Below, piece by piece: positions 35,341 through 48,879 of a stretch of 64,000 nucleotides of DNA. The stretch is taken from the NCBI RefSeq assembly GCF_036971445.1, contig NC_091476.1, positions 102,548,001 through 102,612,000 of the forward strand. Reading direction: 5' to 3'. Numbering within the stretch: the stretch's first letter is position 1; each line of letters opens with the position of its first letter. Position numbers and translations under genes: made by a program. This DNA is from Narcine bancroftii (Eukaryota). The notes beneath the pieces are model-generated. The model searched no databases. It worked only from the letters and a program-made list of their open reading frames with translations, and was not told the origin of the DNA.

Positions 35341-36894
35341 CTCCAATGCACATGGAGAGGAGGAGCAACTCTGAGAGTGGGGGAGCCGCACACCCGGGGG
35401 GGGAGGGGGGAGGGGAGGAGCGCCCCAGGCTAAATATTTGGATCGCAGGCCGTAGGTTGCCGACCCCGATTTAGATCTTTCCTACTTCCTACTTTCCTAC
35501 TTCACTTCCATAAATCTCTATTTTTCTTGCATCCATGACCCTATCTGAGAGTCTTTTAATCCAAACTTTGTAGCAGCCTCCACCACCACCACCCCTAGCA
35601 ATGTACCCACTACTCTCTGTGTGACGTCTCCCCTAAACTTTCTTCTCCCCACCTTATACAGATGTCCTCTTATCTTTGCTACTGTTGCCCTGAGAAAAAG
35701 TTTTTGGCTATACACCCTATCTATGCCTCACATAATCTTATAAACCTCTATTAAGTCACCTCTCTACTAATTCTTCTTTGCTCCAAAGAAAAAAAGCCCT
35801 AGCTCTGTTCACCTGACCTCATCAGACACCGACTCCAATCCAGGAAATATCCTGGTAAATCTCCTCTGCACCCTCTCCAAAATTTCCACATCCTTCCTAT
35901 AATGAGGTGAGCAGAAGTGAACACAACATTCCAAGTATGATGGAGTACTCGTTGCTTGCCTGGATGGCAGCTCCAATAACCTTCAAGAAGCTCAATATCA
36001 TCCATGATAAAGCAGCCTATTTGATTTGCACCTGATCCATAATCCAATGCAAGTATTCTCTTCACCACTGCTGCAGAGTAACTACATTTTTAAATCACTC
36101 ATACAATGCACTGCAGTTACTCTAATACAATTCCCAAACCTAAAACCACCAGAAGGACAAGTGTAGCAGGTGTACGGGCTATACTCCAACTGTCACACCC
36201 CATAATGATTTACTATCATATTGCTGTACCTTCATTGTTGGAGGGTCTGAATTCTGGAACTCCCTTACCAAAGAACACCAGGGAAGTACCTTCACTAAAA
36301 GGATGCAGCCATTGTAAGACTTTGGTTCACCACCATCTTCTCATGGACCATTAGGGATAGGCAATGACTGTAGCCTTGTTAGAAACATGTCGATCCCAGA
36401 CAATGAATCAAAATAACTTTCTCCCTTCAAATAGGTTTTGAACACTTTGCCAAATTCCTTTACACTTCTGAATTTATTATAACTTCTCACCTCACTGCTT
36501 CACCTAATCCTGGTGTCACTCTATTTATCCCTTTCTTTAGAGATGGCTCTCAGCATGGATGGAATTTCTGGTTGCCTCTCTGTGCCTTCTGCAGTAGACC
36601 ATAATCTCTGCCAAAGGCTAGAGTTTGTACATAGAAGGGGTCTGCACTTCTACAGAGTCACGGACCAGAGACCACCGGCTATCAGAAGACAGGCTCCTTC
36701 CTCACATATTCTGAGAATTGTTCTCCTCCCCACAACTGAGGCTGCATTATGAACCTGTTTCGTATCCACTCTCCATGCTGTTCACCTACAGTCTGCAGAC
36801 AATGACTTTTCTGGGGCGTTAGAGACTTCTGTACTCATGGGACCAAAAGTAAAATGACCTGGAAGTCTCACAAACTGAACCAGTACATCAACCA

Positions 36895-37235
36895 TCACCA
36901 CCTAGCGCATGCTTTGCTCTCGCTGCTACCATCAGGAAAGTGGTATAGGTGCCACAAGACTCACACCACCAGATGCAGGAACAACTTTTACCCCTCCACA
37001 TATGACTCCTCAGCAACAAATTCAATTAAGGATTCATTTAAGTACTCTTAATTTGCACTTTATTGATTTTTTTTCTCTGTATTGCAGTTTTTTTTTTACA
37101 TTTCTTTATTTGTTTACACATGTACATGTGTACAGTTTTTTTTGCACTCACAATAAATGATCATTCTGCCTCACCCACAGGAAAAAGAATCTCAGGGAGT
37201 ATGTAAGGTCACATATGTACTCTAACAATAAAGTT
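36895..37235 (+). mobile_element. Rex1/Babar-like LINE 3' fragment
   Basis: HHLAHALLSLLPSGKWYRCHKTHTTRCRNNFYPS resembles the Rex/Babar ORF C-terminus (LLPSGRRYRS...TTRFRNSFFP); acaataaa-type tail. Confidence 0.65.
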
Positions 37236-37403
37236 GAAGCAGCACTTCTGAATACCCCATGGTTTCCCAAAGGTCTTAGCAGCTGTTGTACCTTTATGAT
37301 GGTTTAACTTTTAAACAATGCAGAATGGCTAATTAAATCTTTTCCAATTGGATACTATGTCCTATTGGAGGGTTTACCCACCTTGAGGAATCTGTATTGA
37401 TAA

Positions 37404-38443
37404 TGTGACAGAATATATAAAAATATTTTTGGGAGATAAATTGGGAAGGTTACACACACACACTTTAAAACAGATCTTATTTGAAATACTGGAGAATTCA
37501 TATTATGAGTGACTTTACAGAAACTGTGAAGAATGCCTATGGAGACTTCACAAGTTGGTGTTATTTGTTGAATGAATCGACTATTAGACTATTATGTCTC
37601 TGTTTCCTGATACCTTTTTTGCAAGGCTTTTGAAAAGAGTGCTCAAAGATCACTGATGAGTTCTTGTTTACCTAAAAACAACAGATGAACCAGAAGACTG
37701 ACTTCTATTGTTTGCTGGAGAAGGTCATGTTGTTTTGCAAGCGCGGTGGGTGGGGGGGGGGGGGGGTCAGAAAGAGAGAGAGAGAGTTATCTCAGTCAGT
37801 GTGTGGGTCACTGAAAGCTGTAACAAGCAGAGAAGCTTGCTGAAACTGAAGCAAAAAGCTGTTGGAACTGAAACAGAAGCTCTAGAGTGGCAGATGGCTG
37901 AAAGTACCAGCTGTCTAGTAGTTCTCTTGGAATAAGGGAAACAGAAAAGAACTCTGTGGTAACCTGAAAGAAAGAAGTTATCATCTGGAGAACGCTGATG
38001 GGGCAAGTTTCATCAAGACACGGAGGTGACTGATGGTAGTACCTCAGTTATGGATGTCCTGAAACAACACATCTCTCTGAAAACCTACAAGAACCTTCCT
38101 GAGCAGTAAAAAGCACCAATGCCTGGTGAACTTTATACATGTTAAATTCTGTGCACCTCAACCTCAACATTTCCTATAACCAATGAACTTGGAAGACTGA
38201 GAAGTGAGATTGGACGGTGAATCAAATAACTTTCCTAAATTTACACACATATTACGTACATGTGCGCTTAGAATTAGAAGGGGTTAAGTTGGGTTAAATT
38301 AAGTAAGTTAAAAATAGAGATGGTTAAAGTTAGATTCTGTTTTAATGTTTACATATCATTAAAAGCAAATTTTGTTTAAGTAACCATTTGTCGTGGTGAA
38401 TATCTATTGCTGCTAGGATTTGGGGTCTTTTGGGCTCGCAACA
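37404..38443 (+). mobile_element. Solo LTR (~1040 bp, Gypsy-type) with 4-bp TSD
   Basis: TGTGACA...GCAACA termini, ATAA on both sides (37400-37403 and 38444-38447), ATTAAA near the 3' end. Orientation is inferred from that signal. Confidence 0.75.
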
Positions 38444-38666
38444 ATAAAACCACATAATTTCCTGGGGGGGGGGGTGTGGATCAGATACAAACATTTTCAG
38501 CAGGTGAATGGGTTTGAGCTATTTTGTTTAGGCAGGAGACACTCATTTGAAAGGTATTGATATGGTTTTTAGTAGCACTGAGCTTGAGTTATTGTGTTGC
38601 CTGCATTCCCAGACCAGGTTCAGTTCGCTTCTATCCAGCGCAATGGAACTCCCACAGAATACTCAC

Positions 38667-38833
38667 AACTTCCTCTGTGCCATGCTTGTCAGGTCGGAAG
38701 GACCAAGTCACCATGGTCTGTTTCCCAACGGGGGCAGTGGTTTGAAATGTGCACTTCAGCCGGTACTCGGTGCCGTTGCGAACCTCAACATTTCCTACGG
38801 TGTACACATGAACACCAGCAACATTGCTGAGAC
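38667..38833 (-). CDS. MPZL2: MPZL2 coding exon 2 (end of signal peptide, N-terminal half of IgV domain)
   Basis: Acceptor cctgttccctctgcag| and donor GTT|gtgagt; 167 nt. Encodes (G)LSNVAGVHVYTVGNVEVRNGTEYRLKCTFQTTAPVGKQTMVTWSFRPDKHGTEEV, compare human [41 protein letters not shown]. Confidence 0.95.
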
Positions 38834-40655
38834 CTGCAGAGGGAACAGGACACTGTTCATCACCATGGAGCCACAGAGTAACTAAACAGGTTGAAGGTTA
38901 CTCATTGGATTGCACAAGAGTTAACATAGTGAATGAATATTAACTACTGTGAACTTTGCAGGAAACGTGGATTAATCTTAAATTTCATAACTACATCCTT
39001 GACACTATTTTTAAATGTTTCCTCATAATTTGTATGAAGTAACTGTCACAAAGGGTGAGTCAGGAAATGAATCAGAGAGCAATGTTTCACCCATGAGCAT
39101 ATGCTGTACATCTGAAGGAGCCTCACTCAGAGAGACCATTATCAAATGTGGCCTGAAGACAGTCAAGTCCTCAATCAGTGCTGAGAGTAGAAAGATCAGT
39201 CATCTAATCTGTCTTGTCCAACAGCACATTCACCTACTCTTTAGTTCCTGCTTCTCCAACAGCATGAAGGCAAATAGTCTGACAGAAAAATGATCCATCC
39301 CAGTTGCCAATTTGCTGACAGTAGGGCCAGTGAGGACCAGGGCTCCACCCAATGGAGAGAAAGTGGCACCCACACCAGCTAGGATAGAAGACCAACCTCC
39401 ATGATGAGCAGAGAACCCTGAACTCCAGGAGACCCGAGAAGATTCCTGTGATGAGTCCCAACCATGACAGATGGTGATTGGGACTTGGACAGGAAGTTGG
39501 AACTCAAGTTACATGTTGTATGATTAATTGAGTGGTCAATAGAACTGTGTTTACAAGAATATCTAACCTGTGTTCTTTTATCTGTCTCAAAAGTATTAAC
39601 CACCTGCCTAAAACACATTTGCATTTGGAAATATTGGTCAGAATATCAGTAAGAGTAGAAGTAAAACTCTCAAACCAAACCATCAACCATCCTTTGCCAC
39701 CATAGATGCTACCTGATCCACTGAGGAGATAGTTTTTTTTTCTCCAGATTTACAGCATGGACACTACTCCACAGAGGTGGGTGGCAAGGCTTTAGTTATT
39801 CACCAGAGTAAAGATATGAAAATGCTGATCTGGGAACCATAGTGAAATATTCTGCAACCTTGTAGAACCAGGATAGCATTTGGTTTCTCTGATATTGTGC
39901 ACTTCTTGCCATGGAGATATAGGTAGATATAGACAATTCCAGAAGAACATTAGATACTCACAAGTCTTAGCAACATTTATCCCTGACAAAAATTATTAAA
40001 ATGCATTATCTGTCTTCCATCAATTGTTATTTGTGGGAACTTACCGTGCACCAAATGACACCATCTTTCCTCTGTCAGATAGGGATTATATTTGTGAAGT
40101 GCTTTGGTTATAAAGTGCTGAGGTCTTCCCAAGGTTAGCATATCCAAGTGCAATACATACAAGTTCTGGAGGTTACACAGCTTTCTATGGATGCTGGGTG
40201 ATCTGCTGAGTTTCTCCAGCACTTTTGAGTATTGCACTCAACCCAAGCATCTGCAGATCTTCTTTTTAACTTCATTATGATATTCAAGTTGCTTTTTGGA
40301 ATGACAAGTTTACTTTAGTGGATCTGCAAACTTCCTGTAGTGATTTTCGTATCCATTTCCTTAAACAGCTTTGTTCAAACAGCTCATTTAACAATAGCCC
40401 AGGGTTGTCTTTTCCCATATGTTGAGTTAGATTACCTGCCTTGTTTTTTTTCTCTGAAAATCACTTTCCCCTGCGCCCAATCCAAGCCACGTCACTCCTC
40501 AAACAGCCTTTCACCTCACAGATCCCCAACATGTACAGTCATCTACCACCCACCTACTAAAAAGATGGATTACTTTGGTATATACATCATACCAGCCTAT
40601 CTACACCAAAACAGAATTTATGTATTCCTTTTCAGCTCTTTCACTTTGTCCAATC

Positions 40656-40814
40656 CAGTCATTCTCAACATTTTCTTTCCATTCACAAACCACCTTAAGC
40701 AACCCCTTACTAACCATAGAGTACCAATGGCATCCTATGCTATAGGTGCTTTGTGGTTAGTAACGAATTACTTAAGGTGGTATGTGTGTGGAAAAAGAAG
40801 TTGAGAACCACTTG
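40656..40814. mobile_element. Palindromic hAT/Charlie-like MITE (shorter copy at 41468-41583)
   Basis: cagtcattctcaac...gttgagaaccactt termini (CAGTGGTTCTCAAC type); the whole element is an imperfect hairpin. Confidence 0.7.
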
Positions 40815-41859
40815 ACTCTAATCCTTTCCTGGAGGCACCTGTGCCACTAATGATGCCCTCTATCAATTCAGTTTCCCATTTCCTGTTTTGAACCATCTGT
40901 TTCCCCCTAAATGTCCAATCTCCCTTTACCTCCATTCCCACAACAGGACAGTATGCCTACGCCCCTCTCCCCACTTCTTCCTTGAATGTATTTCTCTCTG
41001 TAACATAAGGGTTCCAACTGCCTTAATATTAACTGCAGCTTTCCATTCACTGAGCACCTCATTTAGTTCCTGACTCACTTTTTCAAAGAGCTATTGTGAT
41101 TTGACATGATTTATCTTCTCAAGAACTTCCCCAGTTTATATGTGATTACATGGTTCTCGCGATACTTCACCTCCACCTCACACTTAGCATCATTGTTCTC
41201 ATTGAGTTACATTCCAACCAATCACTGTACCCAAGCCTTTTCCACTTCCAACACCCTTAGGGTGGTATCTAGAACTAACACAAGAAGTGGCTGAAGTAAA
41301 TAGCAAGGGTCCAAGTGAGAATGGATAAACAGGAGGAAGAAAGAAAACTGGAAGAATAACATTAGGGGGGATGCATGTGTGTGTGCCTTCATCTGCAATT
41401 TAACTCTGTAGCAGTACTTTCTCTGTAAAACTAATTTGTTCCTGATCCCGCTTCTTCTTTCCTCTAATAGTTTTTCTCTACCTTTTTTCCCCCCATTCAC
41501 ATACTACCTTAAGTCATCACTTACTAACCATAGAGTACTAATGGCATCTTATGGTATGTGGATAAAATGGTTGAGAACCCCTGCCCTAATACATTTCAAA
41601 ATTTATAAAACCAAGTAAATGCTGAAAGTGAATCCAAAGCACTAGCACAGTTAACAATTGACTACAAAACTTGGTCCATCACAAGATCAAGGATTAATCC
41701 AAATGTCTTCATAATATTACACATCAAGTTTATAAAGACAAGTGGACAAAGGATTCATAGCAGGTCCAAGCACAACAGTTGTGGTTCTTTTTTTTAAATT
41801 CAAGTAGAGTAAATGGAAAGAAATTGGAATGGCAGCACTGGTGTGGAACCACAGAGAAC

Positions 41860-42440
41860 AAGGAGAAGAGACATAGTGCTCCTCCACAGGGTTCTATAGC
41901 AAAGTCCATGTACCAATGACTCCATTCAGGTTTTAAATGGCCCGTTAAAGGAGCTGGCAGTGGTTTATTTAAAAAACCTGCAACTGCAGGATCTGGGCCC
42001 AAGATGGGGGCGCCTGTGATCGGCAGCGGCCACAAGGGGTTGAAGACTCTGGGGAAGCAAAGGATTGGTGCAGGGCACCAGAAAACGGGGAGAACACCCC
42101 GCTTTGAGAAGAAGCAGAGGAGATTATCACAGGACGGTGACCACGGCAGTGAACCAGTGAGGGGTTCTGCAGCTGAAGAACATACAAGCTGAGGACACTG
42201 GAGGCTTCCTGATTGTGTTGGAGGTTTGAACCTGGAGTTCACATGGCTGCTGATGCTGTGGGAGCGCGAGAGGTGAATTCACAGACATTCGATGACTCTG
42301 AGGGGTCTCTCTTTTGCTTCTCTTTCTCTGACTGGTAATTTCTGCTGATGGAGAACCTGTCTGGCTTTAGGCAGACTAGGGCAAATTTCATGTAATATGA
42401 CACCTGTTTTTTTTATTAGATGACAATAAGGAATCTTGAA
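41860..42440 (+). repeat. Dispersed non-autonomous repeat with a gacaataa-type tail; related fragment at 59005-59186
   Basis: Shared segment gactctg..ctcttttgcttctctt..tctgctgatgg..aatttcatgtaatat..atgac at 42290-42430 and 59050-59186. Family not identified. Confidence 0.55.
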
Positions 42441-44895
42441 ATGAATGGGCAACTTAATTGCAGATGTATATAATGTATGGATATCCCCATTATAGGAAGC
42501 AAAGAAGGCAGTGTTTTAAATGGTGTGGCCCTATTAAAGTGAGATGTTCACAAAGATCTGGGCTTCCTTTTGCTGAGAGCAAAATTTAGAATAGTGGGAA
42601 AAAGTAACTAAAGAACAATATAGGACCTTGCCCATTAATGCAGGGGAACTGAGAACTGAAGTATTGCTAAACTGCAATAGCCTGTGTGAGGCTACATCCG
42701 TAAAGAGCATAGAGTTCTTATTTATAGAATGATACATACATTCAACTTGGATTCACTTCATTAATTATAATTGTCCTCTGAGAAAAGATTAATTCGAAGA
42801 TGACAACTGATCTCTTTAAAACCTTCAATATTTAGATTGGATAAGGTACCACCTGTGAGGCTGCTTCTCCTGTTCAGGGTGGTGGTGAGGAGGGGGAAGA
42901 GAGGAATGAACTAAGGAATATAATGTCAGGTGAAGGAGTCACTCACTTTTGTCTCAGGAGGAGGAATGCTATCTCTGGAAATTTCTACCACCTTCGTCTG
43001 CACCAAAAAATTGTGGAAGTTGATTCAATTAAAAATACTCAAGGCTGAGATGGATAAATATTTGGACTAAAGTGAAATAAACCATGGGGTTCAGCTGGAA
43101 AATGGAGGCCAAGAGTAGATCCGGGGACCAATTTGCCTGGTCTTGCTCTGGTTTCAGTAGAACAGTACTTCAAATAGATCTGCTTTAAGACCATCAACAT
43201 CCCAAAAGATGTTATCTCAATGCATTTCTCCACCTTCCTTCTACTTAGTGGCCAAACACCTGTCTTCAATGATATGTCATTCCGGGAGGCTGTCCTAGTC
43301 ACTACCTCCATTCCACAGCCTCAATCCATCCATGTTCTTCCTGTTTGTGCAAACATTTAAAATTCTTCAAACTGATTTTAAACTTTCAAGGGATCAGGTT
43401 CATTCCACCCCCATTTCTCCACAGTGTAGTTTGTTCCACTCTTGGCCCAAGACAACTTCAAGTTCCATGTGGCCAAAACAATGAAGAACTCCAGATTCTG
43501 CTCTGCATTAATGCAACAACTCCCTGTTCTCAAATAACATGCTCTGCCTAAATCAGATTACAGCAACACCCACTGGTCACACACCCCTTCAAACCTCTTC
43601 CAAATGCCAATTCTCAGTGGAATGGGCAAAGTCTCTTCAGCACTTTCTACTTGTTCTGTCCAGGGAGAATTCGCCAGGTGTTTGTGTCTGACAGAAGATC
43701 TTAACTTCAGTTGCAAGCTCATGGGTAACAACTTAAAAAGATAAACGGCTAGCACATCCAAAAAATAAGGCATTCATATTCTATAGTAACAAAGGGCTCT
43801 GGGTATATGGAACGAGCTGGGATAGTAAGTGTAAGAGGGTCGGCACGATTGTTACATTCAAAAGACATTTAGACAGGTGCATGGAGAGAAAGGTTGAGGG
43901 ATATGAGTCGAACACAGGCAAATGGGACTAGCTTTAGTCAGTAGGGGCAAGTTGGTCTGAAGGGCATGTTTCGCTGCTGTACTACTCGATGACATATTTT
44001 CAACAAAAGGGAATATCTTTCCAGCTTAACACCCATTCTGGGAAAATGGGCTTTAAAAAGGTCAAGGATCACATTTAGATAAACAAGGATGTATATGATC
44101 ACAAGGCCATTGGCAGCATTTATTCTCACTAGAATAAATAGAATTAACTTAGTGGGTCACAGGACAGATCTGTCACAACTGTGATCAACAAGATTGTCCA
44201 ACAGCCGCAAGCACATCCAAACTGAATCATATCCCAGTTTTACCCATGTAACCTCTTCTCAGTCACAGTACTGACCAGCTTTGTTCCCTTTCCCAAAGGT
44301 CTAATCCCACCATAAATTAGCAGTAGTCAAAATATCATGTAAAAAAATACAGATGCTGGAAGTCTGAAATAAAAACAGGAAATTCTCAAACCATTCAGGC
44401 AGCACCAGTGGAAAGAAAAACAGTTAGTGTTTCAATTCTGATAACCCTTCAGCAGAACATGAAGCATTTTCTGGGTTAACAGGCTGAGATCAGACCAGGG
44501 AGCTCTGGTCCTCCTGTTCATTACCACAGGGTGTGGCTCTCCCTCTGGCCAGTGTTCCCATACACTTTTCCAAAGGGTAACCCCAGGACTGAACAATGTC
44601 TCTGCCCTCCTGGCAATGAACAATCTCAATTTCACACAGCAAAGCTCAACCAAGTGTGGTAGTGGCAGAGTGAGACTGGGATTAAATGGTCTCCACAATA
44701 ACCTGACAATATCCTAATCCCACTGCAAACTTCAATGTCTCTTCTATGAGCTTGGAAGTAAGAATTAAATGCTTGTGTTTCCACAATGAGAAATGTTCTG
44801 CCCAAGACAGCAAGGAACTGCAGGGAATTGTGAAGGCAACCAAAATACTAAAAAGACTCAGACCACACCCTCTTCTCCCTCCTCCCGTCAGGAAG

Positions 44896-46645
44896 ATTTT
44901 TTTTCAAAAATAAACTATTTGCACTAAATTATATAAAATGCAAGAGAAAAATTGTTCAAGACTTTACATTCATAGTTTCAGTCCTATTAAGTAAGTTATT
45001 TACAAAACCGGTTCAAAACTTTTACATAGTGTCATATTGAGTATGTAATTTTCAAATACAATACAGGAAAAACTGTTCAGAAACTTTTTACATAGCATCA
45101 GTCAGCTCATCAATGTACATTTCATGTTTTACATTGTGGCCTTAATACTCAATCACTGGCCCTGTAGCACCTAATTGTTTCTTCTGCCCCTCTGTTGGTT
45201 GGTTGAAGGGCATCCCCTCAGTGCCTGATAATGGGAGGTTTCCAAACTGTCCTTTTTTTTTTAAAGTACAAACTTTATTCAACTACAACACTACAAACAC
45301 AAAACCAAAAACCACCATAAACATGTGGCAACAAAACCACGAGAAGTAGTAATTACGACCACGTCTCTATTTCACAGTGATACACATCAAATTAAAGTGC
45401 AATTTTCATCATCGACCATACACAAACAATCCCTTGGAGGGCCCACCATTCCCTGAAATTGGCCACCATCCCCATGGACACCGTGTGCTCCCACTCCAAC
45501 ACCACACGGGCTCAAATGTAACCCTGAAAGACAGCCTGCCCCACATCCTTGACCGCCTGCCCCCTCGACCCATGAATCGCCAATTTTGTTAACCCCAACA
45601 GCAACTCCACAAGGAGATCCACTGAATGCCCGGCCCCCTTCTGCACCGGGTGGCCATAGATCAGGAGCGCAGGGCTGAAGTGCAGCCAGAATTTGAGGAG
45701 CAGGCCCCTTCAGGTAGGTGAAGAGGGTCTGCAACCTCATCCTCTCCACACAGATGCGGTACACCATCTCCTCCCGGCTGCAGAAGTGACATGTGGCCAG
45801 GGTGTCTGTTAACCCACTCAGGAAGTGGTTGCATAGCACTGCTCATCACAGCAGTCTCCATCCCAGGTCCCCAGTGTAATGGGGGGAGGACTCCTGCCAA
45901 CAGGAACATCCACTAGGGACCCCTCCCAATGCTGGGAGGTGGGGTGGAGGTAAAGCAAACCAACTTGGTGGGTCTGGATGACTGATGAGGGTGAATAGGA
46001 GCAGCCCAGACAGGAACCGGTTTAGTGCATCTCGGAATGGCACAGCGCAAAACGCTGTGGGGTGGCTCATGTTACCCAGAGTAGCTCCCGCAAAATCCAT
46101 TGGGCTTTGGGTCTGACAAGCACCCCAGGCTGATTGGGGCTCAGCCCAGCTGGGACCACTCTAGCCTCTGGAGCTTCTCCACCACCCATGGCTGTGGGAC
46201 GGGGACCACCCTCTCTGAGAGACACCATTCCGCAGACCCACACCAGCTCTTGGTAAAACGTGGGCAGCTCCCCCACAGTGCATTGGCTGATTTTCGCTAC
46301 CAGGAGCCCCATACTTTCCCGTAGGCAATGCCCCCGGCGAAGTGGCCAGCACGTGTCACCGCAGAGAGTGCTCCTCCCCCCAGAGCGTCCGCGTCTCTCA
46401 GCATGTACTCCTGCAGCCTGGAAAGTGCCAGTCCACAGCATTCCCAGACCAGTAAGTTTCCAACAGGTCTGGACATTGGACTCATAGAGTGTGTTCCGGG
46501 AATAGTCAGGGGTCCCTCTGAAACGTGGCCCCCCACGTCCCTCTCCACAGTCTTTGCGAATCTACATCCAGCAAAGAGGTGGGCGACGGTCTCCAATCCG
46601 CCGCAGCCGTCCCAAGAACAAAGTGCGTGGAGGGTGATGTTCAAT
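44896..46645 (-). mobile_element. Two nested Tx1/L1-clade 3' fragments: one at 45253-~46371 inside another at 44896-45252 plus 46372-46645
   Basis: Zinc-finger-like C-termini TCHFCSREEMVYRICVERMRLQTLFTYLKG and CSWDGCGGLETVAHLFAGCRFAK...LALSRLQEYMLRDA; separate T-tracts (poly-A tails) at ~44896 and ~45253. Confidence 0.7.
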
Positions 46646-47212
46646 GATCTCCTTTCTTTTTTTTTAATTTTACGCTCTAGTTTAACTCACAGACAACTGT
46701 AATTTAACAGGAGCCAGGCACAGAGATTTTTCCCTAGGGCCATTCAGCTCCACAACCTGTTCTGCCATGAAGGTTAATCTGCTTTCGAAATCCACCCGCG
46801 CGGATTCCCTAGACCCGACCTTTGCTGAGGCAGCGAGAGGTGACTTCTCTCTCTGGAATGCTGTTTATCTGGAGAACATTGTGCCATCGAGATTTCAATG
46901 GGCCCGATGTCCAAATCAATATTCCGAGGTCGTTTCACTGCAAACTTGCATCTAGAAAGTTTTAATGGAGTCTGCACTCCTTTTGATACTTTGCATTCCA
47001 AACGTGCAACAAGGCGAATGATCGAACTAAAACTCTCTTCCCTCTCGACCAGCCCACGGCATCTATTCCACCGCCTCCCAAAACGAGTTTTAATGAAACG
47101 TCCTTTGTCTGGCAGGGCCCCCTAAAACTGACCAGGTCTGGGAGAACGAGCAGATTTCCCCCAGCACTCCGACTCCAGTCCCAGGTTCTGTCCCAGGGCC
47201 CCTCGAACTCAC

Positions 47213-47264
47213 CTGCCAGCGTCGCCGCTACGAACAAGCGCCACGGCAAATTATGGGAACACAT
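47213..47264 (-). CDS. MPZL2: MPZL2 coding exon 1 (signal peptide)
   Basis: ATG at 47264-47262; encodes MCSHNLPWRLFVAATLA(G); donor CAG|gtgagt; phase 1 matches exon 2. Lies in a CpG-rich island (~46780-47450). Joined CDS 52+167+211+187+73 = 690 nt, 229 aa. Confidence 0.78.
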
Positions 47265-47539
47265 TGAGGCGCAGGTCCACCTTCACTGCTTTTGTTACAC
47301 TCTGGGTTCAATGTGTCCGTCCGTCGACGTGAAGGCGGTGGGCGAGCGCTGGAACGTCCCGACAGGAGAACAAGTCCACGCCAGGAGCCGGGGAGGCGGA
47401 GCCTTAACACAGCAAGGCTCGTTTCCATTCCACTTCCCTGACAGATTTTGCGGTGTAAAATTCAAAAGTTAAAATATACTTACATGACAAGCAGTCATGA
47501 ATCAGACAATTATGCTATTGTGTGTGTCTATTCACGGTA

Positions 47540-47620
47540 TATACACACACACACATATATACATTTGTATATATATATATATATATTTATATTCACATGT
47601 CTATATACACACACATATAG
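47540..47620. repeat. (AT)n/(AC)n microsatellite upstream of MPZL2 exon 1
   Basis: atatacacacacacacatatatacatttgtatatatatatatatatat read directly. Confidence 0.85.
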
Positions 47621-47969
47621 ATGCTTGCACGTGCTTTTAGACCCCCTTTCTGGATCTCCCGATGCCCCAGGCTTTAAGCTTTTTACACCTTCTGGGATAT
47701 TGAAATATGGTCACAAAGTAAGAAGCATGACAGACCATTTTAGCACAGTAAGATTCCCATGACCAGACAACTGCCTAGAAATTAGATTTGCTTTTGGCAT
47801 TTTGGGTCTGGCCCTGGCATGGGTTCAGAATCCCCTTCCAAGATCAGTGACATACATCAAAATTCTGTATGCCACAGGAGCGATACATTTTACATTCTGA
47901 GCAGCAGAGCTACAATATGACCCACAAAAATAAAAATACTCCATTTGCACCCACACCTCCCCCCTCACC

Positions 47970-48620
47970 ACCCAAACAATCCTTTCATGTGAAACATCAC
48001 GTCACATGTGAATCTGGAGGGAGTCATCTACTGCATCCGGTGCTCCCATTGTGTTCCTTTACATTGGAGAGACTGGGCACAGACTGGGAAATCACTTCAT
48101 TGAGCACCTCAGCTCTGTTCAGTGTGACAGCATGGATCTCCCAGGGGTCACCCATTTCAATTCCCCAACCCATTCCTTTGGTGACATGCCTGTCCATGGT
48201 CTCATGCACCGTCAGATTGTGAATGGAAGGAACAAAACCTCATCTTCCTACAACCAAATGATCGACTTTTCCAATTTCTGCTAAACATTGCCACCCCCTC
48301 TTCTTTCCCCTGTCATCTCTCCCCTGGCTTTTTCTTTCTTTCTCTCTTCCCTTTTCCCTGTCTACTTTCACAGAGCCAAAATCAATTTTCACCTCTCCTC
48401 ATCATATCCAATCAACAGCTTTTGTTGGTCCTCCCCTAACTGTCTTCAGTCTTTATTCTGACATCTTCCTGTTCTTTGGTTATTCCCTGAAGAAGGGCTC
48501 AGGCCCAAAATGTCAGTAATATATATTTACCTCCTATTGACACTGTGAGACTGGCAGAGTTCCTGTGTGTTTTTACTGCAACCACAGAATTGGCAGCTTT
48601 TTGTATTTCACTATAATATG
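47970..48620 (+). mobile_element. PLE 3' fragment (GIY-YIG plus pseudo-LTR with hammerhead-like core at 48481-48520)
   Basis: LYIGETGHRLGNHFIEHL; tattcc-CTGAAGA-agggctcaggccc-aaaa-tgtc-agtaata. Confidence 0.8.
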
Positions 48621-48879
48621 ACCAGCTTCACTTCCCAAAGGAGTAGCCTGAATTCAGCAGAGCTTCAACCACCTGCCAAGGTCAGGCAATCAGTGAAAGT
48701 ATTTATACCAGAAGACCTTGTCATCTCAGCTGACATAGGGCAGATATAAACATTATAGCTGCTATCTGAAATCAAGGTCTAAGTGGAAGCCAAGCAGACT
48801 GCAAACAATAAGAAGCTGGAGAATTCAACAACGATCTCCAACAGTTCTCCTCTTGGTCACCCCTGCAACAATCTGTTGC

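Larger units (their letters stand above)
32067..35468. mobile_element. Putative non-autonomous hAT/Charlie-like DNA element carrying the minisatellite, inserted in a CR1 3' fragment (31990-32066 and 35469-35940, - strand)
   Basis: Right end ggccgtaggttgccgaccccg is the reverse complement of a MER58-like TIR (caggggtcggcaaactacggcc). Left end gaggggcggacaacc is a degenerate match. CR1 sequence resumes on both sides. The flanking 8-mers atccaaac/atttagat match only 4 of 8. Confidence 0.5.

Noticed and set aside
32625-35474. Very long ORFs (335-922 aa) on both strands
   Set aside because: They are translations of a stop-poor tandem repeat open in nearly all frames, intronic to MPZL2, with no domain content or splice support.
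27148-47264. Alternative identity as MPZ (P0) or MPZL1
   Set aside because: No ITIM pair (MPZL1) and no basic P0 tail; Ig motifs (NGT..RLKCTF, GEIKLAVV) and synteny fit MPZL2.
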